A DNA stretch of 30,648 bases from positions 1 to 30,648 of IMG/VR virus record IMGVR_UViG_3300016263_000533. The stretch is one strand, 5' to 3'. This stretch comes from a virus (taxonomy: Duplodnaviria; Caudoviricetes). Position numbers and translations under genes: made by a program. Below are positions 9,954 to 19,084 of this stretch, piece by piece; position 1 is the stretch's first letter; every line of letters begins with the position of its first letter. Under the pieces are notes generated by a model. It was not told the DNA's origin. It searched no databases and saw nothing but the letters and a program-made list of their open reading frames with translations.

Positions 9954-10573
9954 TACTGCCAGTTGACGTAGGAGAACTGCCGGGACGTCTGGATGCGGCG
10001 GCCCGACTTACGGCGCACGTCATCCCGCATACGGTTCAGCAGGTCGTTTGACTGGTTCAGGTAGACCTGGGCGCGGCCTTCGTCTTGGCGGCGCAGAGCG
10101 CACAGGTAGGCCCCGTAGGCGACGATCCACTGGTGTAGGAACGCCGGCATCAGCGGCACCGACGTGTCGGCAACCAGCGGCGGCTCGGCGCGGTAGTAGT
10201 ACAGGGTGCCGAGAAGCATTGTCGACCCGACGGGGAAGATGCGCACCCGGTCGGCGACGATGGTCCAGACGTACGGGTAGCCGGCGGAGTCGGTGTAGAG
10301 GAACTGGTTGAGGTCGACGTAGGTGACGGGTTCGTCGTTGATGACGAGCTCCTTGGCCCGGATGAAGTCGTCGGGCAGCTCCGCGACGCCCAAGTTGGCT
10401 GGGAAGGCCAACTGGCAGGTCTTCATGAGCCACGGCCAGTCGCGGGTCGAGGCGATCACGTTGAGCGCGTCCTCGATGGACTGGTCGACGACGGTGTCGG
10501 TGATGAGGCCGTCGCCCGAGGACGGGATCGCAAGCCGGTTCTTGATTTCGGTGCGGAGCTCGCCCTTGTTCAC
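9953..10573 (-). CDS. Head-tail adaptor / tail tubular protein A-like (206 aa)
   Basis: Pattern MNKGELRTEIKNRL...RDWPW...ELPDDF...PLMPAFLHQWIVAYGAY is typical of this adaptor class. Confidence 0.75.
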   Translation of the reverse strand: MNKGELRTEIKNRLAIPSSGDGLITDTVVDQSIEDALNVIASTRDWPWLMKTCQLAFPANLGVAELPDDFIRAKELVINDEPVTYVDLNQFLYTDSAGYPYVWTIVADRVRIFPVGSTMLLGTLYYYRAEPPLVADTSVPLMPAFLHQWIVAYGAYLCALRRQDEGRAQVYLNQSNDLLNRMRDDVRRKSGRRIQTSRQFSYVNWQ

Positions 10574-10577
10574 GGCG

Positions 10578-11381
10578 TCAGCCTACTACGACCTGCTCGG
10601 CGTTTTCTTGTAGTGGCCCCCAGACGGCATCGAGGGCGTCGGAGTGGATCGCGTGGATCTGCGGGACGAGGCGTTGGATGTCAGCGTTCTTCACGCGTTG
10701 CGCTGTGCCTGCCCCGATGTGCTGCTTGTAGAGCATCTTGGGGATGTGGTGGCAGCGGGTGGCGAGGGCTGTTCGGATTATCAGTTCGTAGTCGTCTGCG
10801 ACCGGCAGGCTGGGGTTGTGTCCGTCGATGGTGTGGTAGACGGATGCCCGCCATGCCCGGACGTGGTTGGGGGCTGAGACGATGTGGGAGAGGGTTGTCC
10901 GGTTCATGGGGACGCGGTGGGCCCAGACGCCGTGGGTGTCGTCCCAGTAGTGGGAGCCAAAGCCCATGCCCCAACCGTCGGGGTAGCGGCCCGACTCGCC
11001 GTTGGGGAACAGCTCGGTGCAGTCTGACCAGACGAAGCCAACCTCGGGGTCTTGGAAAGCCTCAGCGATCAAGGCCAGGGCGTCGGGGGTGAGTTCGTCG
11101 TCGTGGTCTAGTTCGACCAGGATGTCGCCTCTGCCGAGCATGAACGCATCGTGCTTCACCGAGCCGATGTTGCCGCCGCTGGGGGTATGGGGCCGGTATG
11201 CCCGGAGTCGGTAGCGTTCGTCGGCTGCGAGGCCGTACAGGTGGTTCCAAGTGTCGTAGCCGGGGCTGTCGTCTAGGACTACCCATTCCCAGTCGGTGTG
11301 GGTTTGGTTCTTGAGCGAGGCCCAGGTTCGGGCCAGGGTTTCACGGGGCGTGTTGTACGTCGGCGTGATAACTGAAATCAT
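10578..11381 (-). CDS. Glycosyltransferase family 2 (GT-A fold)
   Basis: MISVITPTYN, WEWVVLDDS, DxD motif ELDHDD, ADDYEL. Confidence 0.9.
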   Translation of the reverse strand: MISVITPTYNTPRETLARTWASLKNQTHTDWEWVVLDDSPGYDTWNHLYGLAADERYRLRAYRPHTPSGGNIGSVKHDAFMLGRGDILVELDHDDELTPDALALIAEAFQDPEVGFVWSDCTELFPNGESGRYPDGWGMGFGSHYWDDTHGVWAHRVPMNRTTLSHIVSAPNHVRAWRASVYHTIDGHNPSLPVADDYELIIRTALATRCHHIPKMLYKQHIGAGTAQRVKNADIQRLVPQIHAIHSDALDAVWGPLQENAEQVVVG

Positions 11382-12169
11382 CAGAACTTGATGATGTAAC
11401 TCAACACCATTGTCGGCTGTGTATTGTTGTGCGCAGATGACGCATTTGCAGCGGTGTTATTTACGTTCGTAACCGTCACCGTACCAGCAGGGGTAAACGA
11501 GTGGGTGTGCCGTGCCGAGGCACCACCAGATGCCGTGCTAGACCCACTAGGAAGCGTTGTCCCGAGGATGCTAGAAGATGCAGCAGCGACATTTGCGTTC
11601 CAGAATGGTGTTGCAGTTGTATGCGTGTGGTCAGGAGAATCGTTACCAGTGGTACCAGCGGACCCAGAGAATGTGGCTGTGTTTGCATGGCTGTGGGCTG
11701 GGACACCAGATTGCGCAGAAGTAAGTGTGACTGTTTCGGCACCGCCACTAGCACCAAGAGTTGTGCCTGTGATTCCAGAACCGCCAGATGTCAAACGGTT
11801 GGCAGCGGTGCCGCCCATGTCATCTTCACCAGCGACAACACGACCACGGAGGTCGGGCAGGTTGAACGTCGTGGAGCCGTCACCCGACCCATAGGTGGTG
11901 CTGACAACAGCGAATAGGTCAGCGTAGGTGGTTCGGCTTACTGCCTGTCCAGCGCACAACAGCCATCCTGTCGGGGCTGTGGAGCCTGCGTATGGGTTGA
12001 CTGTTCCAGCAGGAGCCGAGACAGCACCTTGCCATGCGCTACCAGTCCAAAACTTGAGAGCAAATGTGTCTGTTTCGAAAATCAGTTGCCCGGTGTACGG
12101 GGTGGTGGGGCGGGTGGTTGAGGTGCACACCCCAGGCCGCAGCCCTGTTGCGTTACTAGAGATTGCCAT
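11381..12169 (-). CDS. Tail fibre with phage tail-collar domain (262 aa)
   Basis: PAGTVNPYAGSTAPTGWLLCAGQAVSRTTYADLF...TTFNLPDLRGR...HNNTQPTMVLSYIIK. Start moved to ATG 12169 (TAATG). Confidence 0.85.
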   Translation of the reverse strand: MAISSNATGLRPGVCTSTTRPTTPYTGQLIFETDTFALKFWTGSAWQGAVSAPAGTVNPYAGSTAPTGWLLCAGQAVSRTTYADLFAVVSTTYGSGDGSTTFNLPDLRGRVVAGEDDMGGTAANRLTSGGSGITGTTLGASGGAETVTLTSAQSGVPAHSHANTATFSGSAGTTGNDSPDHTHTTATPFWNANVAAASSSILGTTLPSGSSTASGGASARHTHSFTPAGTVTVTNVNNTAANASSAHNNTQPTMVLSYIIKF

Positions 12170-12318
12170 TATGCGCCTGCCTTGACCCAACCAGCGGCGA
12201 CCAATTCTTCTTCGGTCGGCTGCGGCTCGTCACGCTCCCAGAGGATAATTCCTTTAGCGTGGTCAGCGGCCCAACCGTCGTGAAAACCAAGAGCAGTAAG
12301 AACCTCAACAATATTCAT
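12169..12318 (-). CDS. Small tail-fibre chaperone-like protein (49 aa)
   Basis: ATG 12318 overlaps the upstream TGA; W...PQPTEEEL motif; lies between fibre genes. Confidence 0.6.
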   Translation of the reverse strand: MNIVEVLTALGFHDGWAADHAKGIILWERDEPQPTEEELVAAGWVKAGA

Positions 12319-12920
12319 GCCGCAATCTCCATCAACGTAATTCGTGAGTCCTGCCACCCAGACCCAATAGACCTTTGGACATTCACGCCAGCAGCATTCA
12401 CCCCACTATTGAAAAACCGTGTTTTGTAGGTAACAGCAGACGTGGTTGCCGGAGAGTCAAGAATCTGCAAATCCCATGAGTCAATATGCAACTGGCTGAC
12501 GTTCTGGTACAGAAACCCATTCATGTAATGAATGATTGTGCTGTTGCGGTATGTGTTGATGCCAACAGATGATGCTGCATTGCCCGCTTCCTTAGACACG
12601 CCCTGCTGGTTGATTATCACAAGGATTTTGCTACTTGTTGATGTCGGTGTGATTGTTGCAGAAAGGCCCGTATCTACTTCTGTGCTCGTATTGTTTGTTA
12701 CCCCAATGCCGTACGCACCGTGCACGACCTGCAAGACGGTCCCGTTGGTCGGGGTGCCGAACGCCAGGGTGCGCCATGCTGTGCCGTTCCAGATTTGCAG
12801 CAGGTCCGTGTCGGTGGTGTAGATGACCTGGCCTTCGTACGGTGACGCTGGTTTGGTTGTGCTGGTGCATACGCCTGGTCGGGCGATGGCGCTGGTCGGC
12901 AGGTAGTTACTCAGGCCCAT
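12315..12920 (-). CDS. Tail fibre/receptor-binding protein (201 aa)
   Basis: N-terminal RPGVCTSTTKPASPYEGQ module; C-terminal VLQVV...ITPTSTSSKILV...DSPATTSAVTYK...ITLMEIAA beta domain common in aquatic phage fibres. Confidence 0.75.
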   Translation of the reverse strand: MGLSNYLPTSAIARPGVCTSTTKPASPYEGQVIYTTDTDLLQIWNGTAWRTLAFGTPTNGTVLQVVHGAYGIGVTNNTSTEVDTGLSATITPTSTSSKILVIINQQGVSKEAGNAASSVGINTYRNSTIIHYMNGFLYQNVSQLHIDSWDLQILDSPATTSAVTYKTRFFNSGVNAAGVNVQRSIGSGWQDSRITLMEIAA

Positions 12921-13447
12921 TAGAGTGCCGTCGCTTTGATGATGTAGTTCAACAGAAGTGTCGGCTGCATATTGTTGTGTGCCGCCCCACCACCCGTGCT
13001 TGAGGTGGCGAAATAACTGAACGAGGACGTGCCGCCACCAGCAGCGTTGGCGTTGTTTAGTCGGCTCCCGCTTGTTGCTCCGCCAAACGCTGATTCTGTG
13101 GTGTGGCTGTGCGATGGCATTTCACTCGTAGTCAAAGTGTGTGTTTGGGCACCACCGTTTGTGCCCAGCGTATTTGCCCAGTCCAATCGGCCTGCGTCTG
13201 TGCCGTTCATGTTGTCCAAACCTGCAACGACACGACCACGAAGGTCCGGCACATTGAACGTAGTCGAACCGTCGCCTGACCCGTAGGTGGTGCCGATAAC
13301 AGCGAACAGAGCACCGTAATCGGTTCGTGATACAGCCTGCCCAGCGCACAAAAGCCAGTTGGCAGGGGCAGACGAGCCAGCGAACGGGATGACAGAGCCA
13401 GCAGGTAGTGCCCCAACGGTGCTGCCAATGCCAGAAGAAATCCCCAC
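12920..13447 (-). CDS. Tail-collar domain protein (175 aa)
   Basis: PAGSVIPFAGSSAPANWLLCAGQAVSR...TTFNVPDLRGR...HNNMQPTLLLNYIIKA. Confidence 0.85.
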   Translation of the reverse strand: MGISSGIGSTVGALPAGSVIPFAGSSAPANWLLCAGQAVSRTDYGALFAVIGTTYGSGDGSTTFNVPDLRGRVVAGLDNMNGTDAGRLDWANTLGTNGGAQTHTLTTSEMPSHSHTTESAFGGATSGSRLNNANAAGGGTSSFSYFATSSTGGGAAHNNMQPTLLLNYIIKATAL

Positions 13448-13450
13448 GGA

Positions 13451-13789
13451 CTAGACCTCTTTCTCCCACCCGTTGACCGTCACCGTCACAACCGACGCAG
13501 AATCCGAATACCCGTAAAACTGCTCCGTCGCAGTCATCACCACAGCACAATCCAACACCACCGTGTCCCCGGCAGCAATCGGCAACGCCGAGAAGATACG
13601 GTTCGCAGCAGTAGCCGCCGTACCGATAGCGAGATACACCAGACGGTCCGAACCGTCCGTGTTGCAGAGAATCACCTGCTTGGTAATCCAGACACGGGAT
13701 GACGGGACAGCCGACCCGACAGTTGCGTTCGATGCGGTCAAAGCAACAGGCCCAACAAGCCTCTTTTCGGTGCGGTCACCAACAGCCAT
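13451..13789 (-). CDS. Small beta-rich structural protein (112 aa)
   Basis: TAATG-coupled to the collagen fibre; beta-strand pattern ending VTVTVNGWE. Confidence 0.65.
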   Translation of the reverse strand: MAVGDRTEKRLVGPVALTASNATVGSAVPSSRVWITKQVILCNTDGSDRLVYLAIGTAATAANRIFSALPIAAGDTVVLDCAVVMTATEQFYGYSDSASVVTVTVNGWEKEV

Positions 13790-15411
13790 TACGGGGCTAC
13801 CTCCATAATCATGATGGCTGCGAACGTGGTCGAAGTCATCGGGTCAGTAGTGATTTTCTGCGGACGGAACGTGATGTTCGCAGCGTCGTACACCAACGCA
13901 AAGTTGTTTTGCGGGCCAGTACCAGCCGTACCAGCAGACGGTTTGATGTTGATGGTCGCAATAGAGTCCGTCAGGCTGAGAGTGGCGTCGGTGGTCGTGG
14001 CCGACAGCAACGCCTGCGGGCCGGACGACGCCGTATCCCGAGCGATAACAATGCCAGTGTTCTCAACCCATGCCGAGCCGTTCCAGACGAGGGCTTTGTT
14101 GTTGAACGTGCCGTTAGCGAGCACGGTGCCCTGTGGTCCTTGTGGGCCTTGAGCCCCTTGCGGACCTTGGGGGCCTTGGCTGCCTGTGGCTCCCTGCGGG
14201 CCGGTGTCGCCCTGGAAACCCTGCGGCCCCTGAGGACCTTGCGAACCTTGGAAACCTTGTGGACCTTGAGGACCAATGTCGCCCTGGAAACCTTGCGGTC
14301 CTTGCGGGCCCTGGGCTCCTTGCGGGCCTGTTGCTCCTTGCGGACCCTGCGGGCCGGTAGCGCCCTGTGGTCCTTGAGCGCCGGTAGCACCCTGGGGTCC
14401 TTGTGGGCCTGTCGATCCTTGCGGGCCAGTATCTCCCTGTGCGCCCGTGGCACCTTGGGGTCCCTGAGCCCCCTGTGCTCCTGTTGCACCCTGCGGACCC
14501 TGCGAACCTTGCGGGCCGATTGCCGCGATAACAAACAACATTTGCTGATTGTTCGGGAAGCTGAACGTCGAGGTGACCAGCGTGACGGGCAGCTCAATGT
14601 AATCAACCTGCACAACCGGGGTGCCAGAGACTGTCCACTTCTGGTAGTTGGTGTGCAGCGTCTTGTCTTGCAAGATGATCGTGTCACCCGACTTGATCGT
14701 GGCAAGGAAAATGTCAATGTCGTAGCCATCTTGGTCAACGTGGCTGACGTTGATTTGTGTTGCTGACGCTTGGGTGGCGTTGTTCCAGATGATGTGGCCA
14801 GCCAGCGGGTCGCCAGAGGTAATGGTTGTCTTGGCCTGGTAGTCGTAGAAGCTCGAGGATTGGCCGTCGTTGCCTTGTGGGCCTTGGGCACCCTGAGCCC
14901 CCGTCGCACCTTGCGGCCCCTGAAACCCCTGCGGGCCCTGCGGGCCTTGAGTGCCTTGCGCCCCAGTCGCGCCTTGCGCTCCTTGTGGCCCCTGAAAACC
15001 TTGGGGACCAGTCGCTCCCTGCGCCCCCGTTGCCCCCTGTGCTCCTTGGGCACCCTGGGAGCCTTGAGGTCCCTGAAAACCTTGAGGTCCCTGCGGGCCT
15101 TGGGAACCAGTAGTGCCCTGTGGGCCTTGGGCTCCAGTTGCTCCTTGCGCTCCTTGGAATCCTTGAGGACCCTGGGCTCCTTGCGGGCCGGGAACAGTCG
15201 AGGCCGCACCTTGGGCACCTTGGGCACCTTGGGCACCCTGCGGGCCTTGAGCCCCCTGCGATCCTGTCGCGCCAATCGGGCCCATCGTGCCAGTGACTAC
15301 AGCAAGAATCTGGGTCTGCTGGACAGTGGTAACAAGTTGCGGCGCGTTACCAACGGTGGTCTGGATGTCCGGGTCCGTCGGGATGATGACGGTAATGGCC
15401 TCGGTTGCCAT
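13789..15411 (-). CDS. Long collagen-like tail fibre (540 aa)
   Basis: Two long G-X-Y tracts separated by a ~115-aa globular domain. Confidence 0.85.
   Translation of the reverse strand: MATEAITVIIPTDPDIQTTVGNAPQLVTTVQQTQILAVVTGTMGPIGATGSQGAQGPQGAQGAQGAQGAASTVPGPQGAQGPQGFQGAQGATGAQGPQGTTGSQGPQGPQGFQGPQGSQGAQGAQGATGAQGATGPQGFQGPQGAQGATGAQGTQGPQGPQGFQGPQGATGAQGAQGPQGNDGQSSSFYDYQAKTTITSGDPLAGHIIWNNATQASATQINVSHVDQDGYDIDIFLATIKSGDTIILQDKTLHTNYQKWTVSGTPVVQVDYIELPVTLVTSTFSFPNNQQMLFVIAAIGPQGSQGPQGATGAQGAQGPQGATGAQGDTGPQGSTGPQGPQGATGAQGPQGATGPQGPQGATGPQGAQGPQGPQGFQGDIGPQGPQGFQGSQGPQGPQGFQGDTGPQGATGSQGPQGPQGAQGPQGPQGTVLANGTFNNKALVWNGSAWVENTGIVIARDTASSGPQALLSATTTDATLSLTDSIATINIKPSAGTAGTGPQNNFALVYDAANITFRPQKITTDPMTSTTFAAIMIMEVAP
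14128..14518. repeat. Collagen-coding 9-bp tandem repeats (C-proximal tract, GPQ/GAT/GFQ)
   Basis: Degenerate 9-bp periodicity encoding G-X-Q/T; boundaries approximate. Confidence 0.9.
14872..15285. repeat. Collagen-coding 9-bp tandem repeats (N-proximal tract)
   Basis: For example (ccttgggca)x3 near 15209-15235; boundaries approximate. Confidence 0.9.
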
Positions 15412-15770
15412 TACGGCCTCGTAACTTCAGCGATCAGTGGCTGTGTGATGCCCGAAATGAGCGTCGTTTTCTTGCTCGACGTGTCAGTTTGCTGAAGGTC
15501 GTAGTAGTAGCTGGTGTTGGCGGTCAGTGCCGCAGCGTCGGCCGCGGCCAGAACGCAGGTCACCTGCGAGTTGGCCGCGTCAGTGACCGTGCAGGTGAGC
15601 GTCGCGGCTGCCGACGCGGCCCCCGGCGTGGTCCGCAGTTGCATTGCGTAGGTGTAGCCAGTGATGTTGCCGATAGGGGTGGTCCCGTCGGTCGTCAAGT
15701 TGAAGACGAGGGTCGTCGTGTCGCCTTGTACGAGAGAAAGTTCGGGGTCGAGTTTCCCAGGCGTAGGCAT
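15411..15770 (-). CDS. BppU N-terminal-like Ig-fold structural protein (119 aa)
   Basis: LVQGDTTTLVFNL...ITGYT...QLR...YYYDLQ...TLISG pattern. Confidence 0.7.
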   Translation of the reverse strand: MPTPGKLDPELSLVQGDTTTLVFNLTTDGTTPIGNITGYTYAMQLRTTPGAASAAATLTCTVTDAANSQVTCVLAAADAAALTANTSYYYDLQQTDTSSKKTTLISGITQPLIAEVTRP

Positions 15771-15779
15771 GGCTCGAGA

Positions 15780-16082
15780 TTAGCCGATGAGGGCGAAGGA
15801 AACGATGGGTGTCCCGGTCGCGATCACTTTGATGACGCAGCCGTTGCCGCTCCACGGCAGATCAAAGGTGCTGTATGCCGAGACGGCGACGTAGCAGTTG
15901 TCGCCAGCGTCGGTCGGTGTGGCCGGCGTGTCGCCAGGCTGCGCGACGGTGAATGACACCGGGACGGTCGTCGAGTTTGTCTGGACGCGCAATGTCGACC
16001 CGCTACCGTTCAAGGTAATGGTGTCGACCTGACCGCTGACCAGCGTGATCGTCTTGACTTGGCTCGCGGAGTAGGTAGCCAT
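15780..16082 (-). CDS. Small beta-rich structural protein (100 aa)
   Basis: Real start is ATG 16082 (MATYSASQVK; TAATG overlap). The longer track ORF overlaps the upstream gene. Confidence 0.7.
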   Translation of the reverse strand: MATYSASQVKTITLVSGQVDTITLNGSGSTLRVQTNSTTVPVSFTVAQPGDTPATPTDAGDNCYVAVSAYSTFDLPWSGNGCVIKVIATGTPIVSFALIG

Positions 16083-16516
16083 TACTTGCCTTTCGAGTAG
16101 AACGAGGTGTGGCGGCGGTTGCCGCCGTTGAGGTGGCCAACATCCTTGATGATGGCCCAGTGAAGCTTGTCGGCGATTTCGCGCCGCTTGTCTTCGTCGG
16201 CGTCGAGTTGGGCTTGGTGGGCTGCGCGGTTCTTCTTTTGAAGTTCCTCGAGCAGTTGCCGGCCCTTCTGCCAGTCGCCCTCGATGAGTTTGAGAATGAG
16301 GCTGTGGTCGCATCGGTCTGACGTTGCCGCGATGTACGGCTGACGCATCCCGTCTTCCATCCAGACCTCGAACTTGTTGGTCCACTGGTTGAACATGAGC
16401 GAGGCTGACGGGTCGCCCCGCCACCCCGATTCGTCGCCCTCCCGGATTCGGGTCGCGATGTCGTAGACGTCGCTAGTGATTTCCGCGAATTGCGTGTACT
16501 CGGGTGCCCCGATCAT
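16082..16516 (-). CDS. Hypothetical protein (144 aa) downstream of capsid genes
   Basis: AAGGAGG RBS; protein-like composition with a C-terminal coiled coil. Confidence 0.75.
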   Translation of the reverse strand: MIGAPEYTQFAEITSDVYDIATRIREGDESGWRGDPSASLMFNQWTNKFEVWMEDGMRQPYIAATSDRCDHSLILKLIEGDWQKGRQLLEELQKKNRAAHQAQLDADEDKRREIADKLHWAIIKDVGHLNGGNRRHTSFYSKGK

Positions 16517-16535
16517 GTTCCTCCTTGTGTGGGGG

Positions 16536-16571
16536 TTGGGCCTGGCCGCCCCCTACGACAGCCAGGCCCAA
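16536..16571 (-). terminator. Hairpin after capsid genes (terminator or mRNA-stabilising stem)
   Basis: Perfect 11-bp stem TTGGGCCTGGC (16536-46) / GCCAGGCCCAA (16561-71); no U-tract. Confidence 0.6.
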
Positions 16572-16576
16572 ACCGA

Positions 16577-16897
16577 TTAGGCTCCGAAAGCGAAGACCTG
16601 GACGCTGACGCTCGAAACGTCAGTCGTCGAGGGTACTTGCGCGAGCGGAGCACCGTCCACTGTGGTGTCAACCCAGAACAACTTGATCTTCGGTGCAGTG
16701 GTGCTTCCGTCCCAACCAGGCACGTAGCCGTCGTCGGTGACTGCCCACAGGAAGTCAAGGCGTGTGAGTCCCAGGTCAACCAGCGAGATTGCCTCGCCGC
16801 CCGTGGCGTACGACGAGTCAAAGGTGACTGTCGCGACCACGAACTTGCGGTTGCCCGGGACCTCCGGGCCAGTGTTGATGCTGACCGACGCCGCCAT
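16577..16897 (-). CDS. Putative capsid decoration/cement protein (106 aa)
   Basis: Directly after MCP; beta-rich (TFDSSYATGGEAI). Confidence 0.65.
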   Translation of the reverse strand: MAASVSINTGPEVPGNRKFVVATVTFDSSYATGGEAISLVDLGLTRLDFLWAVTDDGYVPGWDGSTTAPKIKLFWVDTTVDGAPLAQVPSTTDVSSVSVQVFAFGA

Positions 16898-16898
16898 C

Positions 16899-18167
16899 TT
16901 AGATCGACACCTCGGTGAGGTCCTTGATGACGAAGTGGGTGTTGCGCTGCTTGCAGGCGAGCTCCATGTAGCTGTAGAGCGTTGCCTCGTAGGCGTCGAG
17001 GTCCGGCTTGCGGTTCATCACCGCTCCGTCCATGTCCATGAACTGCCAGCCATCGCCAACCTGGTGGAGGACGAGGGAGTCAGTGTGGATGCCGTACAGG
17101 CTGTTGCTCGGGCAGTCGAAGTCGCAGTAGAGCACCGTCGGACCCTCGTCGCCCTTGCCGGAAACCGACGGGGCGAAGTACTGGATGCCGGCGTAGCCGC
17201 CCTTGAGGGCCGTCTGCTCCATGTTGCGCTTCAGCGAGAGGAACAGGTTCGCCACGCTCATGTGGACACCTTCAGCCGAGACGAGAAGGTTGACCTTCTT
17301 GCCCGAGTTGGTGAGGCCCTTCATGATCGAGCCGGTGATGAGCGTCTCCGAAACGGCGCGGTTCGTGCCGCTGTTGGAGTTGACGTAGGCCTTCCAGTTG
17401 GGCTGGGTCGACGGGTTGATCGTGTGCAGCACCGCCGAGTCCGACACGATGGTCTGAACGCCGGTGAGTTCGATCTGGCCGTCGCCAGGTGCGCCGCTGT
17501 TGTTCGATGCGCCACCAGCACCCGTGCGGAACACGAAGTGGCTGGAGGTGGTCGAAACGGTAGCTCCCGAGATGACCATCGTCTTGGCCGTGTTGTCAAC
17601 CGAGGTGACGGTACGGGCCGATGCGACGGTCGTGGGGGCTGCCACGGTGCCGATGTCGACGACCATGCCGCCGTCGTTGTACAGCTGGCGGAGGGCCGCC
17701 GAGCCGGTCGACGAGGCGAGGACAACCGTCGTGCTCGACGAGGTGGTGCCGCACTGCGCGATAACGCCGTTCGACTGGCCCCAGAGCTGGCGGTTGACGT
17801 CCTTCATGGCGTCGTTGCGGATTCCCTGCATTTCGGCGTCGAGCGCGTCGATGAAGGCACCGCGGTCGGTGACGGCCTGGCGGATCGTCGGGCCACTCAG
17901 CTGGATACGTCCGTAGACGTAGCGAACCGGGACCGGGACGGTGGCGTAAGCCTGGTTGGCTGCCGTCGGGAGCGTGCCACCCTCCGAGCGAGCACCGACG
18001 CCGGACGAACGTCCGAGGTGGATCGCGTGGCGGGCGATACGGCCAACGACCGTGTCCTTGCGAGTCTCGACCTGCGAGGTGAGAAACAAGGCGTTGTTGA
18101 GCTGGTCGATGTAATCCTTGTAGTCATCCTTGAGGATGGCATCAACCGTGGAAAGGGATGCGGGCAT
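16899..18167 (-). CDS. Major capsid protein (422 aa)
   Basis: Follows the scaffold gene with its own promoter. Start moved to ATG 18167 (MPASLSTVDAILKDDY; AAAGGA RBS). EGGTLP and DVNRQLWG motifs as in P22/SU10-type coat proteins. Confidence 0.85.
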   Translation of the reverse strand: MPASLSTVDAILKDDYKDYIDQLNNALFLTSQVETRKDTVVGRIARHAIHLGRSSGVGARSEGGTLPTAANQAYATVPVPVRYVYGRIQLSGPTIRQAVTDRGAFIDALDAEMQGIRNDAMKDVNRQLWGQSNGVIAQCGTTSSSTTVVLASSTGSAALRQLYNDGGMVVDIGTVAAPTTVASARTVTSVDNTAKTMVISGATVSTTSSHFVFRTGAGGASNNSGAPGDGQIELTGVQTIVSDSAVLHTINPSTQPNWKAYVNSNSGTNRAVSETLITGSIMKGLTNSGKKVNLLVSAEGVHMSVANLFLSLKRNMEQTALKGGYAGIQYFAPSVSGKGDEGPTVLYCDFDCPSNSLYGIHTDSLVLHQVGDGWQFMDMDGAVMNRKPDLDAYEATLYSYMELACKQRNTHFVIKDLTEVSI

Positions 18168-18315
18168 TTCTTGTCCTTTGTTGAGAGTGATTGAAAGGGA
18201 ATTGGTTTCCGCGATCATTCTTCGGCTTTTGGCGTCCCGCCGCTGGCCGCTCTCGGTTCCCCGAGGGTAGAACTAGCAGATTATTTGGCGTGGCCGTCCG
18301 ACCACGTTTGATGTC

Positions 18316-18343
18316 ATTGTAGTTCTCGTCGTCGGGTTGTCAA
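18316..18343 (-). promoter_or_regulatory. Sigma70/SigA-type promoter for MCP
   Basis: TTGACA (18343-38), 16-nt spacer, TACAAT (18321-16) on the minus strand. Confidence 0.8.
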
Positions 18344-18349
18344 CGACTG

Positions 18350-19084
18350 TCAGAGGCCCTGCTGCTCGAGGCGCGCCATTGCGCGGTCGCGAGGTGAAGC
18401 ACCGCTCATTGGCACACCGCTCATGCCGTTCGGCGCGGCCGTTGGCATTGCGCTGCCGGCGTTGCGACGACGCTCAACGATTGATTGCGCCTGCTGCAAG
18501 ATTTGGTTTTCCATCTCGTTGTAGGCGGCGCGAAGATCGAGGTCGTCGCGGTTGAGTGCTTGGGTGATGACCGCGTGGGCCAAAGGCGTATCTGGCTGAA
18601 GGCCGAGTTCGCGAATCGTCTGGTCGATCTCGACCTCGAAGCTGGCAACCTGTTGCTGCTCTTGGAACGCGGCAATCTGCTGCTGAACGAGTTGCTGCAC
18701 CGCCTCTGGCGTGAGGCCAGCGGCCTGGCCCTGGGCAACAGCGTTATCGACGACGGCCTGCTGACCTGCGATGTAACGCTGGAAGTTGTCCCCGGCGAGG
18801 GTCTTGGCGTTGTCGACCATCCATTGAATGGCGGCTTCCTGGTCGCCCGCGGCCCATGCTTGAGCGAACTGCTGAACGGCACTGGCATCGTCTGGGTGCA
18901 TACGGTCGAAGACCTGCTTGATCGGCTTGTACCGTTCGCGCTCACGGATGCGGTCCTGCACTTCAGCGCGGTACCGTTCCTCCCAGTTGACGTCGCCTGC
19001 GGCTTCGACCGGGGCCTCCGCCGCGGCGATTTCGCTTGAGAAGTCGAGGCTTTCAACGGCCCCGATGTCCCCTGTTTCACTCAT
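18350..19084 (-). CDS. Capsid scaffolding protein (244 aa)
   Basis: Acidic, Gln/Ala-rich helical protein between portal and MCP, with a short C-terminal helix (PRDRAMARLEQQGL). Confidence 0.75.
   Translation of the reverse strand: MSETGDIGAVESLDFSSEIAAAEAPVEAAGDVNWEERYRAEVQDRIRERERYKPIKQVFDRMHPDDASAVQQFAQAWAAGDQEAAIQWMVDNAKTLAGDNFQRYIAGQQAVVDNAVAQGQAAGLTPEAVQQLVQQQIAAFQEQQQVASFEVEIDQTIRELGLQPDTPLAHAVITQALNRDDLDLRAAYNEMENQILQQAQSIVERRRNAGSAMPTAAPNGMSGVPMSGASPRDRAMARLEQQGL

Noticed and set aside
11381-13447. Possible diversity-generating retroelement or invertible shufflon in the fibre array
   Set aside because: No reverse transcriptase or recombinase in the window; differences between paralogues are not adenine-specific; all genes share one orientation.
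13971-15275. 434-aa Arg/Lys-rich alternative-frame ORF
   Set aside because: Frame-shifted reading of the collagen repeats, which lack stop codons by construction.
14128-15285. Tandem repeats as a CRISPR array
   Set aside because: 9-bp coding periodicity with no unique spacers and no cas genes.
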